Positions 6,824 through 18,156 are shown, counted from the first letter of the stretch. The stretch: 37,420 nucleotides of DNA from Candidatus Phycocordibacter aenigmaticus (GCA_045401115.1 CP174359.1:613247-650666), one strand, 5' to 3'. Translations and numbers: made by a program. The notes: generated by a model from the letters alone, not told the origin.

Positions 6824-6953
6824 GAACGGAAGAGAGAGATATAATCCTGTGTTAACACGAGGAGTTGCTCTTATAGTGCTTGTCGCTATTTGCAGCGGAG
6901 TTGGTTATATATATTTTACTGAATCTACTGGTTCAGATCTTTTTCTACAATAA
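6822..6953 (+). CDS. Putative 43-aa single-pass membrane protein
   Basis: MNGRERYNPVLTRGVALIVLVAICSGVGYIYFTESTGSDLFLQ*; below the ORF track cutoff. Confidence 0.5.
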   Translation: MNGRERYNPVLTRGVALIVLVAICSGVGYIYFTESTGSDLFLQ

Positions 6954-6965
6954 ACCGTTGCCTCT

Positions 6966-7499
6966 CTACAGTGCCATAAACGATGCGGAAACACCGCGAA
7001 CGAGAATATCTTTGGTGTGATCAAATTCACCGTCACCATCGTCGGCATACAAAACAACTTCATATTGCGTACCTGATTCGGTCGGTGCAAGGAGACGCAC
7101 TGGAATAGTGGTACCTCCATCGTCACGACGAGCCGCTCCTAAAATACGAGTACTGTCTGCGGTGCGCACTGTCACCCATACTGAACCTGAAAATTGCGCT
7201 GAATCAACGAGTACTACATTACCAGCAACCTGATCACGAAGTGAAATTGATTCGCCTTGTGCGGCGCGTGTTGGTAATACACCTGCTTCGTTTTGCTCAA
7301 GCACGGTGTTATTGTTTTCATTTTGAATATCCTGTTGTTGCTGAGTAGCATCGTTTGGCACTTCAGCATTACTACCTTGACCTGTAAATAGCCATATCAA
7401 CCCAACTAAAACCACACCAATGGCAACGCCGGCAATAAAAGGCAATATAGGATGTATGCGCTGTTGTAGCACTATATCTTTCGTATTGTTTTCGTTCAT
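6966..7499 (-). CDS. Membrane-anchored surface protein with beta-rich C-terminal domain and DxxDG-type acidic loop
   Basis: N-terminal TM helix, Q/N-rich linker, beta-strand domain ending LYADDGDGEFD. Confidence 0.7.
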   Translation of the reverse strand: MNENNTKDIVLQQRIHPILPFIAGVAIGVVLVGLIWLFTGQGSNAEVPNDATQQQQDIQNENNNTVLEQNEAGVLPTRAAQGESISLRDQVAGNVVLVDSAQFSGSVWVTVRTADSTRILGAARRDDGGTTIPVRLLAPTESGTQYEVVLYADDGDGEFDHTKDILVRGVSASFMAL

Positions 7500-7672
7500 A
7501 TATCTTTCTTTAAAATAACTTTACTGCCTTCAGCATACAGCGAGTTGTGTCAATGTGCAAAAGTATTGACTAGATAATAAAATAGTTGTGAAAATATAGA
7601 ATACTCTTCTCTAGAATTACTTAAAAAACACACTACGGGATATTTTAAATTTCACGGTACAATCAAATAGTT

Positions 7673-8818
7673 ATGCTTTCAATAATCACTCGTGTTTTAC
7701 ATACAAAAAAAATCTTTCTACTGCCTGCAGTGTTTATTGTGCTAGTGATATGTATCGCTATAGGACGATATGTGTTTGCTCCTGAGTGTTTTGAGATACA
7801 AGAACGTGTACCCAAAGAAGGATCTCAAGGATTCCAAACATGGTACGGGGAACATATTAAAAGTTTTTATCATCGTGATAAAAAACATTGCATTCCTGAA
7901 GGATGGCGCGCTATCGGCGCAACAGAGGTTGGTGAAGGATGGGCACGTTTTGCATCTAATCAAACTGGCGTAATGGTCGCTGATGACACTTTTGCATCAT
8001 TCACTATCACCCCAAACAACACACACTATTCCCTCTTCGTCCTCTATCCGCAAAACTTTTCTGAAGCAGAACGTCTGCGGTATGCGCGTGTGATTGAAAA
8101 TACATTCAACCGTGTTGGTGCACTGTTTAACGATACCGATGCATACGAACGAACACAACACACGGTACTAATTACCGCTGGTGTTGCTAATGAACTCATC
8201 TATCCTGATCCTCGTGAAAACCTCACTATCTTTGTTCGTGAATTGGATGACCCAAGATCAGAAGAATTATTCATCCATGCTGTGGTTCATGTATACAACC
8301 GTTTTGCGCCAATTAATACCACATATCAACATAACCAAGCGCCACTCAACGAAGGAGATATACAAGAATTTGAAGCAACGTGGGCAGAAACGGCTTTTAA
8401 CACCAATGAGAAAAACCGTGCCAACCGTGTGGAATATCTTTACACTGTACATTCCGCTGTTCTGAACAAGAATTTTGAAGCTATTCCTGGTCCCCCGTTT
8501 GATGACCGTGAAGCTTTTATGAATATAAACCCACGTTTACCGGTCTATCACGATGCATCTGAGATTGATATCCAGTACAATCATTATATTCTTGCGCCAC
8601 TTATTTTTATTGCTATTGACGGCCTTCTTAATGAACGTGCGACGCAAATGAATGTAGAGCGAATACTCACTCGCATTCACTCCGGTGAAGCGACGAACTT
8701 TTTTAACGAACTGAATCGCTATATAACTGAAGAGGACACCGCTATGGTACTCAATTGGATACAAAACGCAGAACCTATTCCGCCGAGACTACTTGAGGAA
8801 GCGCTCACAATATACTAA
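7673..8818 (+). CDS. Exported/membrane-anchored zincin-like protein with degenerate HExxH (HAVVH)
   Basis: N-terminal TM; LFIHAVVHVY and downstream IQEFEATWAE resemble the gluzincin layout. Fold assignment is inference. Confidence 0.6.
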   Translation: MLSIITRVLHTKKIFLLPAVFIVLVICIAIGRYVFAPECFEIQERVPKEGSQGFQTWYGEHIKSFYHRDKKHCIPEGWRAIGATEVGEGWARFASNQTGVMVADDTFASFTITPNNTHYSLFVLYPQNFSEAERLRYARVIENTFNRVGALFNDTDAYERTQHTVLITAGVANELIYPDPRENLTIFVRELDDPRSEELFIHAVVHVYNRFAPINTTYQHNQAPLNEGDIQEFEATWAETAFNTNEKNRANRVEYLYTVHSAVLNKNFEAIPGPPFDDREAFMNINPRLPVYHDASEIDIQYNHYILAPLIFIAIDGLLNERATQMNVERILTRIHSGEATNFFNELNRYITEEDTAMVLNWIQNAEPIPPRLLEEALTIY

Positions 8819-8824
8819 ATAAAA

Positions 8825-9790
8825 TTACGTGACTACGTGCGTCGGTGTTTTGCCAGCAAAGAAATCAATAATACTTTGTCCAGCAAGGCGGCTCATTGCC
8901 TGCCGCGCCTCTATGGTAGCTGAAGCAATATGCGGCGTGAGAATCACATTCTCTAACTCGACCAAACCAGGAGTCAGTGCTGGCTCTTCTTCAAACACAT
9001 CAAGTGCGGCGCCCTGTAGGGACCCGTTTTTTAATGCCTCGACTAACGCCTTTTCATCTACCACTGGACCGCGAGCAGTATTAATAAGTAATGCGTCTTT
9101 TTTCATGTGTTTTAAACGCTCTGCATTAATGAGGTGATGCGTGGCATCCAGAAGCGGCACGTGGAGTGAGACAATATCCGAACGATTTAAAAGTTCATTG
9201 AGCTCCGGCACAAACGCAGCACCACACGCTTCTTCAAAAGCGTTATTTTGTTTGATGTCGTTATATATAACGTGTATGCCCATAGCAGTAGCTATCTCAG
9301 CTACGCGTGAACCAATACGACCCGCACCGACAATACCAAGTGTTTTATCTTTGACCTGTGTTCCCAGAAGAAGCTTTGGAGCCCAACCGATGTACTTTCC
9401 GGCGCGAGTGAAGCGATCTGCTTCCACCACACGCCGCGCTAAAGAAAATACGAGTGCCATGGTGTGTTCTGCAACGGCATCCGTGAGCACACCGGGGGTG
9501 TTGGTCACCGTAATGCCACGCTCACGCGCGGCGTCGATATCGATATTATTAAACCCAACCGCATAGTTCGCGATAATCTTTACCGACGGCGCCGCGTCCA
9601 TGACCTCGGCCGTGTACGCGTTGTTAAGCGTAGAGAGCACCGCGTCATACTCCGCATCCTGCAACACCTTAATAAGTTCGTCCGCAGTAAGTGGTCCGTC
9701 TTTTTGAGAAATCGTAACAGAATGTCCTGATTCTTTAAGCAGCGTCAATCCCTCATCAGGAATCTCGCGTGTTACAAATACGTTTGCCAT
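8825..9790 (-). CDS. D-isomer-specific 2-hydroxyacid dehydrogenase (glyoxylate reductase/D-glycerate dehydrogenase type)
   Basis: AVGFNNID, TNTPGVLT, GIVGAGRIG, INTARGPVVDE, LDVFEEEP, TPHIAS. Confidence 0.93.
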   Translation of the reverse strand: MANVFVTREIPDEGLTLLKESGHSVTISQKDGPLTADELIKVLQDAEYDAVLSTLNNAYTAEVMDAAPSVKIIANYAVGFNNIDIDAARERGITVTNTPGVLTDAVAEHTMALVFSLARRVVEADRFTRAGKYIGWAPKLLLGTQVKDKTLGIVGAGRIGSRVAEIATAMGIHVIYNDIKQNNAFEEACGAAFVPELNELLNRSDIVSLHVPLLDATHHLINAERLKHMKKDALLINTARGPVVDEKALVEALKNGSLQGAALDVFEEEPALTPGLVELENVILTPHIASATIEARQAMSRLAGQSIIDFFAGKTPTHVVT

Positions 9791-9819
9791 ATAAGTATTG
9801 TATCAATTAAATCTGTCGC

Positions 9820-10458
9820 CTAGATACTTCGCGCATCTTCAACAGAAAAATCACCGATGGAGGTGCGACGCAGATCACCGAGTGTTGCCGGATAGCCAAG
9901 CCTGCGGCCAAATTCTTCGGCGAGTGAGCGAATGTAGGTGCCCGAGGCAACATCAAAAGTGACAGTCACATGCATGCGATTTCCTTGTTGCGTTATATTT
10001 TCAAGAGTAGCAGCACGCACAATCATAGCCTTTACAGGAGGTACTACGTCTTCGCCGCGGCGTGCGCGTTTATACAGTGCCTGACCATCACGTTTTATTG
10101 CCGAATATACCGGGACCGGTAACTCAAGTGTACCCACCATATCGTGTAGCACCTCTTCTACCGCATCCGCTTCAAGATGTGACACTTTTACCTCTTCCAC
10201 TATCTCTCCTTCTAAGTCACCAGTATCGCGCCGCTCACCCACTACGATACGTGCGAGATATGTTTTTGGGAGTTTAAGATACGCCTCTAATTTTTTGGTA
10301 CCACGTTCTATACCAATAATCATCAGCCCAGACGCTTGCGGGTCAAGCGTGCCAGCGTGACCCATTTTTTTGATATTGAGTTCACGACGTAATCGCCGTA
10401 TTACATCAAACGACGTAATACCTTTCGGTTTATCAACGAGTACAATATCGGCGTCCAT
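9820..10458 (-). CDS. truB: tRNA pseudouridine(55) synthase, lacking the PUA domain
   Basis: VDKPKGITSFDV, GHAGTLDP, YSAIK.DG..LY, SGTYIRSL; start set at ATG 10458. Confidence 0.93.
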   Translation of the reverse strand: MDADIVLVDKPKGITSFDVIRRLRRELNIKKMGHAGTLDPQASGLMIIGIERGTKKLEAYLKLPKTYLARIVVGERRDTGDLEGEIVEEVKVSHLEADAVEEVLHDMVGTLELPVPVYSAIKRDGQALYKRARRGEDVVPPVKAMIVRAATLENITQQGNRMHVTVTFDVASGTYIRSLAEEFGRRLGYPATLGDLRRTSIGDFSVEDARSI

Positions 10459-10490
10459 AGTGACACTATAAACAAAAACAAGCGCGACCA

Positions 10491-10961
10491 CTACACCTCA
10501 TCATCCTGAAGTTGTTTTTTGTATTTTTTAAATACGTAATATTTTGAAAACGCAAACCCCCATGTTGCACTTGCACCCGCCGCCAACACCACACCTATCA
10601 AGTCGTGAATATCAAACACATACACGGCAATGTAGTGGGTAGCGATATTGAGCAGCGGCCCCATACCTACCAAAAAGTGAATGAGTTCTTGCCAATTCCA
10701 CTTATCGCGAAGTCCAAACGTGATATAGCGGTTCATGAAAAAACTCCATGTTGTCGCAACGATGGATGCGATAGCTTTTGCTACGACAATAAAGCCAAGC
10801 CCGTCAAAAATAACGCGGGTCAGGAGAAGGTATACGGCAAAATCAACAATGCCGTTTGAAATACCTACAGCAGAAAAACGTACAAATTGACGTTTTGATC
10901 GTCTGAATTCACGCTTCCCCGCGTCAATTGCACTTTTTAACATACCCATGGAGTTTATCAT
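10491..10961 (-). CDS. GtrA-family membrane protein
   Basis: QFVRFSAVG..VDF, F.MNRYITF, final KYYVF, several TM helices. Confidence 0.85.
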   Translation of the reverse strand: MINSMGMLKSAIDAGKREFRRSKRQFVRFSAVGISNGIVDFAVYLLLTRVIFDGLGFIVVAKAIASIVATTWSFFMNRYITFGLRDKWNWQELIHFLVGMGPLLNIATHYIAVYVFDIHDLIGVVLAAGASATWGFAFSKYYVFKKYKKQLQDDEV

Positions 10962-11146
10962 TATAGTAAAAGTAAGAAAGGTGTTTTCTCAAAAAAGTGG
11001 GGGTGAATATCACTAAAATACTCTGTAGCGAGGTCGGTCCTCGCTACAGGATTAGAAAATATGAGGGTTATATCCTTGTAAGATATATTCAGACTCACCC
11101 ACTGAGGTGATATGTACAAATAGAATAACGGTGTTACACTAGACGT

Positions 11147-11473
11147 GTCTTTATGCACGAGAGCGTCCTTATATGTGACCGCTTGGGCGTAGAGACGGCT
11201 TTCGGTTGCCGATAGAGGATATCGGACAAAAAGAAGCCTATCTTAAGTAGTACGTATACTATTTTGGAAGGTATTTTTTATTCGGCAACTGAGAGTCACT
11301 AGAATACATAGGCGATCCTTCACTTTTTTCTAGCATGGCAGAGAGGATATAAGGACAGTCACCTCTTTGTACGCGGCGATGAAAGTACGTCGAAATTTTT
11401 ACTATTACTTTTTACGAGGATAAAACCGGTTAGATACTCCACTAACAGAGGAGTCATCAAAAAAATAAAACGT
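11147..11473 (+). promoter_or_regulatory. Long structured leader/ncRNA candidate upstream of the V/A-ATPase operon
   Basis: Extended -10-like TGTTACACT (11132-11140); helices 11165-11174/11347-11356 and 11197-11212/11282-11297 (3 G-U), with competing alternative pairings. Confidence 0.5.
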
Positions 11474-13261
11474 ATGTCTACAGATAACACACACACGACA
11501 GGCGGAGAAAAAATCACACGAGTGAGTGGTCCGTTGGTGGAAGCAAGCGGTATGGAATCAGCACAAATGTTTGAAGTGGTGCAGGTTTCAAACGAAAAAC
11601 TCCTTGGTGAAGTCATTGGTTTGAACAACGGCATTGCTTCTATTCAAGTATATGAAGATACCGCGGGCGTACAGCCAGGTGACCCTGTATTCCGCACAGG
11701 AAACACAATGTCCGTTGAACTTGCTCCGGGACTTCTCGAGTCAGTCTATGACGGTATTCAACGTCCCCTCTCAGCAATTGCTGAAAAAAGTGGCAGTTCT
11801 TTTATTGAGCGCGGTATTGAAGCGCATGGTATTGACCGCGAACGTCAGTGGGAATTTACCGCAACCGCAAAAGCAGGTGCTACGGTTTCAGGTGGCGATA
11901 TTATCGGCACTGTTCCAGAAACAACACTTATTACTCATAAAGTAATGGTGCCACCGCATATTTCAGGAACGCTCAAATCAATTGATTCAGGAATCTATAA
12001 AGTAGAAGACACTATTGCGACTATCGTAGACGAAGATGGGATAGAGCATCCTATTGCACTTTTGCAAAAATGGCCGATTCGTAACCCGCGTCCTACAAAA
12101 CAAAAAATCTTCCCTTCTGAACCACTGATTACCGGTATTCGTTCAATTGATACCCTTTTCCCTGTTGCCAAAGGTGGTGTTGCTGCAATTCCTGGTCCAT
12201 TCGGTAGTGGTAAAACGGTGACCCAGCAAGGATTGGCAAAATACTGTGACGCACAGGTGATTGTATACATCGGTTGCGGTGAGCGTGGTAATGAAATGAC
12301 TGAAGTGCTCGACGAGTTCCCACACCTTATTGATCCAAACACTGGAGAGCCGCTTATGAAGCGCACCATTCTTATTGCCAACACATCAAACATGCCAGTA
12401 GCAGCGCGTGAAGCGAGTGTGTACACCGGCATCACTATTGCCGAGTACTATCGCGACATGGGCTACTCAGTGGCGCTGATGGCAGACTCAACCAGTCGTT
12501 GGGCTGAGGCGATGCGTGAGATTTCAGGCCGTATGGAGGAAATGCCTGGTGAAGAAGGATATCCTGCGTACCTTGCCTCACGTACTGCTGAATTTTATGA
12601 GCGCGCTGGTGTTGCAAAACTCCAGAGCAGTGAAGACAGAGAAGGTGCACTTACTGTTATTGGTGCGGTATCGCCTCCTGGTGGTGACCTTTCTGAACCA
12701 GTGAGTCAGGCAACACTTCGCGTGACGAAAGTGTTCTGGGGTCTTGATTCAGCACTTGCCTATAAGAAGCACTTCCCTGCTATTAACTGGCTTACGTCCT
12801 ACTCATTGTACGTAGACAACATTAAAAACTACTGGGCTACGCAAGTCGCTGAAGATTTTGCTGAAATTCGCCAGCACGCAATGACCATCCTCCAACAAGA
12901 ATCGAAATTGATGGAAATTGTACGCTTGGTGGGTGTTGAATCAGTATCTGATGAGGAACGCATCACCCTTGATATCGCCAAGTCACTCACTGACGATTTC
13001 CTCTTCCAGAATGCGTTTGATAAAGATGACGCGTATACCCCACTCTTAAAGCAGTACCAAATCATTAAGAGTATTATCACGGTAAACAATGCGGCAAAAC
13101 AGGCACTTGAAAACGGTGAACTCACCTACGCACAATTCGCCGCAATTCCCGAACTAAAAGAACTGGGAGCACTTAAAGACATTTCCGCTGACGACACCGG
13201 TGCATTTGAAGACTTTAGAAAGCGAGTCACCGCAGCCATTAGTAGTGCAAACAACACGTAA
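11474..13261 (+). CDS. atpA: V/A-type ATP synthase subunit A
   Basis: GPFGSGKTV Walker [30 protein letters not shown]. Confidence 0.97.
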   Translation: MSTDNTHTTGGEKITRVSGPLVEASGMESAQMFEVVQVSNEKLLGEVIGLNNGIASIQVYEDTAGVQPGDPVFRTGNTMSVELAPGLLESVYDGIQRPLSAIAEKSGSSFIERGIEAHGIDRERQWEFTATAKAGATVSGGDIIGTVPETTLITHKVMVPPHISGTLKSIDSGIYKVEDTIATIVDEDGIEHPIALLQKWPIRNPRPTKQKIFPSEPLITGIRSIDTLFPVAKGGVAAIPGPFGSGKTVTQQGLAKYCDAQVIVYIGCGERGNEMTEVLDEFPHLIDPNTGEPLMKRTILIANTSNMPVAAREASVYTGITIAEYYRDMGYSVALMADSTSRWAEAMREISGRMEEMPGEEGYPAYLASRTAEFYERAGVAKLQSSEDREGALTVIGAVSPPGGDLSEPVSQATLRVTKVFWGLDSALAYKKHFPAINWLTSYSLYVDNIKNYWATQVAEDFAEIRQHAMTILQQESKLMEIVRLVGVESVSDEERITLDIAKSLTDDFLFQNAFDKDDAYTPLLKQYQIIKSIITVNNAAKQALENGELTYAQFAAIPELKELGALKDISADDTGAFEDFRKRVTAAISSANNT

Positions 13262-13268
13262 AGAGTAT

Positions 13269-14675
13269 ATGGAAACAAACAAAAGCTATAAAACAGTAAG
13301 TGAGATCAATGGGCCACTCGTTGTCGTAGAAGGAGTTAGTGGTGTTGGTTATGACGAACTTGTGGAGGTAACCGTACCAGGCGAGACAAGAACACGCCTC
13401 GGTAAAGTACTCGACGTGCACACTGATAAAGCGGTAGTGCAGATGTTTGAGCCAACCAAGGGTGCACAAACCGAAGGAACTAAGGCGCGCTTCTTAGGTG
13501 AGGGACAAAAAATGCAACTTTCCCCTGACATGCTCGGTCGTGTGTTCTCTGGAGGCGGTAACGTGATTGATAACGGGCCGGCGCTTATTCCTGAGGAAGA
13601 GCGTAACATTAACGGTTTGCCGATGAACCCATACAGCCGTCAATTCCCGAACGACTTTATTCAGACCGGTATCTCTTCTATTGATGTGATGAACACGTTG
13701 GTACGTGGACAAAAGTTGCCTATTTTCTCAGGTTCAGGTTTGCCACACGCTAAATTTGCCGCGCAGATTGCACGTCAAGCAAAAGTAACCGGAGGTGAAG
13801 AGTTCGCTATCGTGTTTGCCACTATGGGTGTGCCATTTGATGAAGCGGAATATTTCCGTCTCCAATTTGAAGAGACTGGCGCACTTGAGCGATCAGTGCT
13901 CTTCATTAACACTGCATCTGACCCGGTAGTTGAACGTATCTCAACGCCACGGCTTGCACTTACCACTGCTGAATATCTTGCCTTTGAGCATGATATGCAT
14001 GTGCTCGTTATCATGACTGATATCACAAACTACTGTGAAGCACTGCGTGAGGTATCGAGTGCTCGTAAAGAAGTTCCAGGACGTCGTGGATATCCGGGAT
14101 ACATGTACACCGACCTCTCAACATTGTATGAACGTGCCGGCAGATTAAAGGGTAAGAAAGGTACGATCACCCAACTCCCTATTCTCTCGATGCCGGATGA
14201 TGATAAGACGCATCCAATCCCCGACCTTACCGGATACATTACTGAGGGTCAGTTCGTACTTTCCCGCGACCTCCATTCAAAAGGTATTTTTGCACCAGTT
14301 GACGTGCAAGGATCACTATCTCGTTTGTGGTCAGCAGGTGTAGGTGAAGGTAAGACTCGTGAAGACCATTCCGCACTTAAAGACCAACTCTTTGCGTCAT
14401 ACGCAACCGGAAAAGAGGTGCGTGAACTTGCCGTGGTGCTCGGAGAAGCGTCGCTTACCGATACCGACCGCGCACACCTTATCTTCGCAAACCGCTTTGA
14501 GAAAGAATTCATTAACCAAGGCAGCGACGTAGAGCGTAGTGTTATTGAGTCCCTTGATATTGGATGGGAATTGCTTCGTGTACTTCCCCGCTCTTCATTG
14601 AAACGCCTTAAACCAGCGCTTATTGAAGAACATTTGGGACCGGAAGAGAAAACGCCAACTGAAGACACTGAGTAA
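13269..14675 (+). CDS. atpB: V/A-type ATP synthase subunit B
   Basis: [45 protein letters not shown]; start set at ATG 13269. Confidence 0.97.
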   Translation: METNKSYKTVSEINGPLVVVEGVSGVGYDELVEVTVPGETRTRLGKVLDVHTDKAVVQMFEPTKGAQTEGTKARFLGEGQKMQLSPDMLGRVFSGGGNVIDNGPALIPEEERNINGLPMNPYSRQFPNDFIQTGISSIDVMNTLVRGQKLPIFSGSGLPHAKFAAQIARQAKVTGGEEFAIVFATMGVPFDEAEYFRLQFEETGALERSVLFINTASDPVVERISTPRLALTTAEYLAFEHDMHVLVIMTDITNYCEALREVSSARKEVPGRRGYPGYMYTDLSTLYERAGRLKGKKGTITQLPILSMPDDDKTHPIPDLTGYITEGQFVLSRDLHSKGIFAPVDVQGSLSRLWSAGVGEGKTREDHSALKDQLFASYATGKEVRELAVVLGEASLTDTDRAHLIFANRFEKEFINQGSDVERSVIESLDIGWELLRVLPRSSLKRLKPALIEEHLGPEEKTPTEDTE

Positions 14676-14699
14676 TATTCCCTCACTTTGTAGTAGCTT

Positions 14700-15332
14700 A
14701 TGGCAGAACTTAAAGTCAATCCAACACGTATCAACCTCCTTAAACTCAAGGCTGAGCTAAAGGTGGCAAAGCGGGGTCATAAACTGCTTAAAGACAAGCG
14801 TGATGGTTTGATGCGTGAATTCATGGCTGCGGTGAAGGATGTACGCGCTCTGCGTAAAGAAGTAAATAGTGAGTTAATTCGTGCCTTTGAAGGCTACATT
14901 AGTGCCAGCGCGCTTATGGACGAGCATGTACTTAATAATGCTTTCACACACTATGACACGAGCGTCGGCGGTGTAGATATAGATGTCCGTCAGGTTATGT
15001 CAGTGAGTATTCCTTCATTCACGCCACTTGAGCGAGAAGAAGTATCATTGCCGTATGGATACCTTGAGTCGTATGGAAACCTTGATACGGCGATGCATAA
15101 ACTGAAGCATGTATACCCGCGACTCATTAAACTGGCGGAGCTTGAATCATCTGTTGAGAGACTGGCGCGCGAAATTGAGCGTACGCGTCGCCGCGCGAGT
15201 GCGCTTGAAAATATTCGCATTCCATTGTTAACCAACACTATTCGTACCATTTATTTACGTCTTGAGGAACAGGCACGTGATGCCGTGGTATCAACCATGC
15301 GCGTAAAAGCACTTATCACCAAAGGAAATTAA
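14700..15332 (+). CDS. atpD: V/A-type ATP synthase subunit D
   Basis: VNPTR..L, GHKLLKDKRD, EIERTRRR..ALE..IP. Confidence 0.95.
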   Translation: MAELKVNPTRINLLKLKAELKVAKRGHKLLKDKRDGLMREFMAAVKDVRALRKEVNSELIRAFEGYISASALMDEHVLNNAFTHYDTSVGGVDIDVRQVMSVSIPSFTPLEREEVSLPYGYLESYGNLDTAMHKLKHVYPRLIKLAELESSVERLAREIERTRRRASALENIRIPLLTNTIRTIYLRLEEQARDAVVSTMRVKALITKGN

Positions 15333-15341
15333 TTGAATACT

Positions 15342-15638
15342 ATGCTTAACGAAATCAAAAAAGCTGAAGAAGAGGCACTAAACACGATACAGAAAGCCAA
15401 AGAAGAAGCAGAAACACTGCTTCACGATGCGCGTCAACGTGTTGCTACAGCACAACACAGTGCTGAACAAAAAGCACACGAGGCAGAGAAAAAGCTTATA
15501 CAAGAAGCGGAGCAAAAAGCACAGGATGAAGCTGCCGATATTGTTACAGACGCTCAACGTGAAGTGGACAGCGCAAAAGATGCAAAAACACAGGTAACTA
15601 CCATTGCCAATTCGGTAGTAGACGATCTCATTTCATAA
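15342..15638 (+). CDS. V/A-type ATP synthase subunit G/H (peripheral stalk)
   Basis: EIKKAEEEA..I..AK.EA coiled coil, located directly before subunit I. Confidence 0.85.
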   Translation: MLNEIKKAEEEALNTIQKAKEEAETLLHDARQRVATAQHSAEQKAHEAEKKLIQEAEQKAQDEAADIVTDAQREVDSAKDAKTQVTTIANSVVDDLIS

Positions 15639-15645
15639 TTACAGT

Positions 15646-17613
15646 ATGTCACTCTTAGCAATGCAAAAAATTCGTCTCTTTGTAACCCGTCATGATACGG
15701 AGAGGCTGATGACATTGCTCCATGACTTTGGTGGTGTGGAGATTATTGACAATACGCAAGACGACACACTTACCCCGAATGAGCTGACACGCTTTGAGCA
15801 TCGTCATGCATCAGCACGCGTTGACGAGGCGGTGCATTTTCTTTTGGAATATCATAAAGGCAGCTTTTTCCGTGGACTCTTTGAAGGTAACCGTGCGTAC
15901 ACTACCCCCAGCGAAATACAAACACTTGCCGAGTCATACGATCCGGAACCGACACTCAATGAGGCACACCAACTACAACGTGACCGCAACGCCCTGACTA
16001 AAAAAGAGAACGAACTGAACGAACGTGAACAAGAACTTCTTGAATGGAAACGACTCTCCTACCTCCTTTCTGATGTGGTTGAAACACGCAACGTCTGCAC
16101 CGTTCCCCTTCGTGGCGCTGTGTACGCATTTGAATCATTGAAGACAGACCTTGAGAAAGAAACATCTTTGGTAGCGCTCGATAAAGTGTCAGAAACCACC
16201 TACCTTGCAGTGGCACACAAAGACGTTATTGATACAGTACAAAACCTAGCTGAAACGTACGATCTTGAAATCGTGCGTCTTCCTAAAACCGGAAAGACCG
16301 CCCAAGAAGAGCTTAACGCTATTGGCGCTACCCGCGCTGAACTGCGGCAAGAATCTGAACATATTACGCAAAAGGCGACGCTCCTTGCTGAAAAAGAATT
16401 AGTGACTCTTAAAAAATGGGCTGACTACGTATTCTGGAATATGCAGGAACGTGACCTTGCTGGTACTCGTCCCGGTACTACGTTTACCCAAGTAGTAGAA
16501 GCATGGGTGCCTACTCGTTTCCTTCCTGAATTAGAACGACGGTTAACTGATACCCTTCCTGAATCAGCGCTCGAAACTCTTGAGTTAACTGAAGGCGAGG
16601 AACCACCAGTTGAGGTTGAAAATAGTGGTTTTTTCAACTCGTTTGAAACGATTACTCGTCTGTACGGCGTGCCTACACATAAGGACATCGATCCGACGCC
16701 ATTTCTTGCAGTATTCTTTTTCCTTTTCTTTGGTATGTCACTCAGTGATGTGGGATATGGCGCAATATTAATGACGCTTACGGGAACTGTTCTTTTACGA
16801 TACAAGATTGACCGTGGCATGAAGCAGTTACTTACCATGCTTTTCTTTGGTGGTGTCGGGTCTCTCCTCTTTGGTGTGCTCTTTGGTGGATACCTTGGTA
16901 TTAACCCTGGCGCTATTCATCCAGCGCTCAGTGTCTTGCAGTTGTTTGATCCAATTAATAACCCGTTGCCTGTGTTCTACCTCGCACTTGCCTTTGGTTT
17001 TGTACAAATCGTGTTTGGTATCATCCTTGATATTGCGCGTACATTTAAAGCAAAAGAGCCGGTGCGTGGACTTCTCGACAATGTGCCATGGTTGGCGATG
17101 TTTATGGTATTTCTTGCCTTTCTTTTGGCGAGTGTCGGCATTTTCGCTGAATCGGTTAATACAGTTATTATTGCGTGGTGGGGCAAAGCCGCTATTGCTG
17201 CAGCAGTAGCTATTATGATTACCCGTGGTAGATACGGCGTAAATATCTTTGATAAAGCACTCAAAGGCGTACTCGCACTCTATGGCGGAGTAAACTACTT
17301 CTCTGACCTTCTCTCCTACTCACGTCTCCTCGCACTCGGTTTGGCAACAGGAGCACTCGCCTTTTCAGTGAACCTTATTGCTGGATTCATAGGTGGCGAA
17401 GAACTCGGTATTGGCACGTTCTTTGCCGTTGTTATCGTTATCCTCGGCCATGCCCTCAATATCACACTCAGTACACTGGGCGCATTCATTCATAGCGCGC
17501 GTCTGCAGTTTGTAGAGTTCTTCGGTAAGTTCTTAACCGGCACTGGGCGCGTCTTTACGCGTTTCAGTAAAAAAGAACGCAATGTTATTATGCTTCCTGA
17601 TTCGCCAACATGA
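15646..17613 (+). CDS. atpI: V/A-type ATP synthase subunit I (a)
   Basis: IDPTP, DVGYG, SYSRLLALGLA, RLQFVEFFGKF. Confidence 0.96.
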   Translation: MSLLAMQKIRLFVTRHDTERLMTLLHDFGGVEIIDNTQDDTLTPNELTRFEHRHASARVDEAVHFLLEYHKGSFFRGLFEGNRAYTTPSEIQTLAESYDPEPTLNEAHQLQRDRNALTKKENELNEREQELLEWKRLSYLLSDVVETRNVCTVPLRGAVYAFESLKTDLEKETSLVALDKVSETTYLAVAHKDVIDTVQNLAETYDLEIVRLPKTGKTAQEELNAIGATRAELRQESEHITQKATLLAEKELVTLKKWADYVFWNMQERDLAGTRPGTTFTQVVEAWVPTRFLPELERRLTDTLPESALETLELTEGEEPPVEVENSGFFNSFETITRLYGVPTHKDIDPTPFLAVFFFLFFGMSLSDVGYGAILMTLTGTVLLRYKIDRGMKQLLTMLFFGGVGSLLFGVLFGGYLGINPGAIHPALSVLQLFDPINNPLPVFYLALAFGFVQIVFGIILDIARTFKAKEPVRGLLDNVPWLAMFMVFLAFLLASVGIFAESVNTVIIAWWGKAAIAAAVAIMITRGRYGVNIFDKALKGVLALYGGVNYFSDLLSYSRLLALGLATGALAFSVNLIAGFIGGEELGIGTFFAVVIVILGHALNITLSTLGAFIHSARLQFVEFFGKFLTGTGRVFTRFSKKERNVIMLPDSPT

Positions 17614-17640
17614 AGGCGCGCAGGAAGAGTTCATTAGTAG

Positions 17641-18141
<501 letters not shown>

Positions 18142-18156
18142 ACCTAGTCTTGCTTT

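Noticed and set aside
6702-6900. glmS ribozyme upstream of glmS
   Set aside because: No recognisable AGCGCC/GACGAGG core and little room; the leader is AT-rich.
10961-11158. 65-aa minus-strand ORF in the gtrA-atpA gap
   Set aside because: No recognisable protein features; the region is better explained by structured non-coding sequence.
11337-11370. Resemblance of GGCAGAGAGGATATAAGGA to a glycine riboswitch leader
   Set aside because: The aptamer core motifs (GGAGA..CCGAAG..CTCTCAGG) are absent.
13200-13268. Upstream non-ATG extensions in the ORF track (also at 10491, 18692, 20180, 32965, 34693, 36385)
   Set aside because: They overlap neighbouring genes or add non-homologous sequence; downstream ATGs match family N-termini better.
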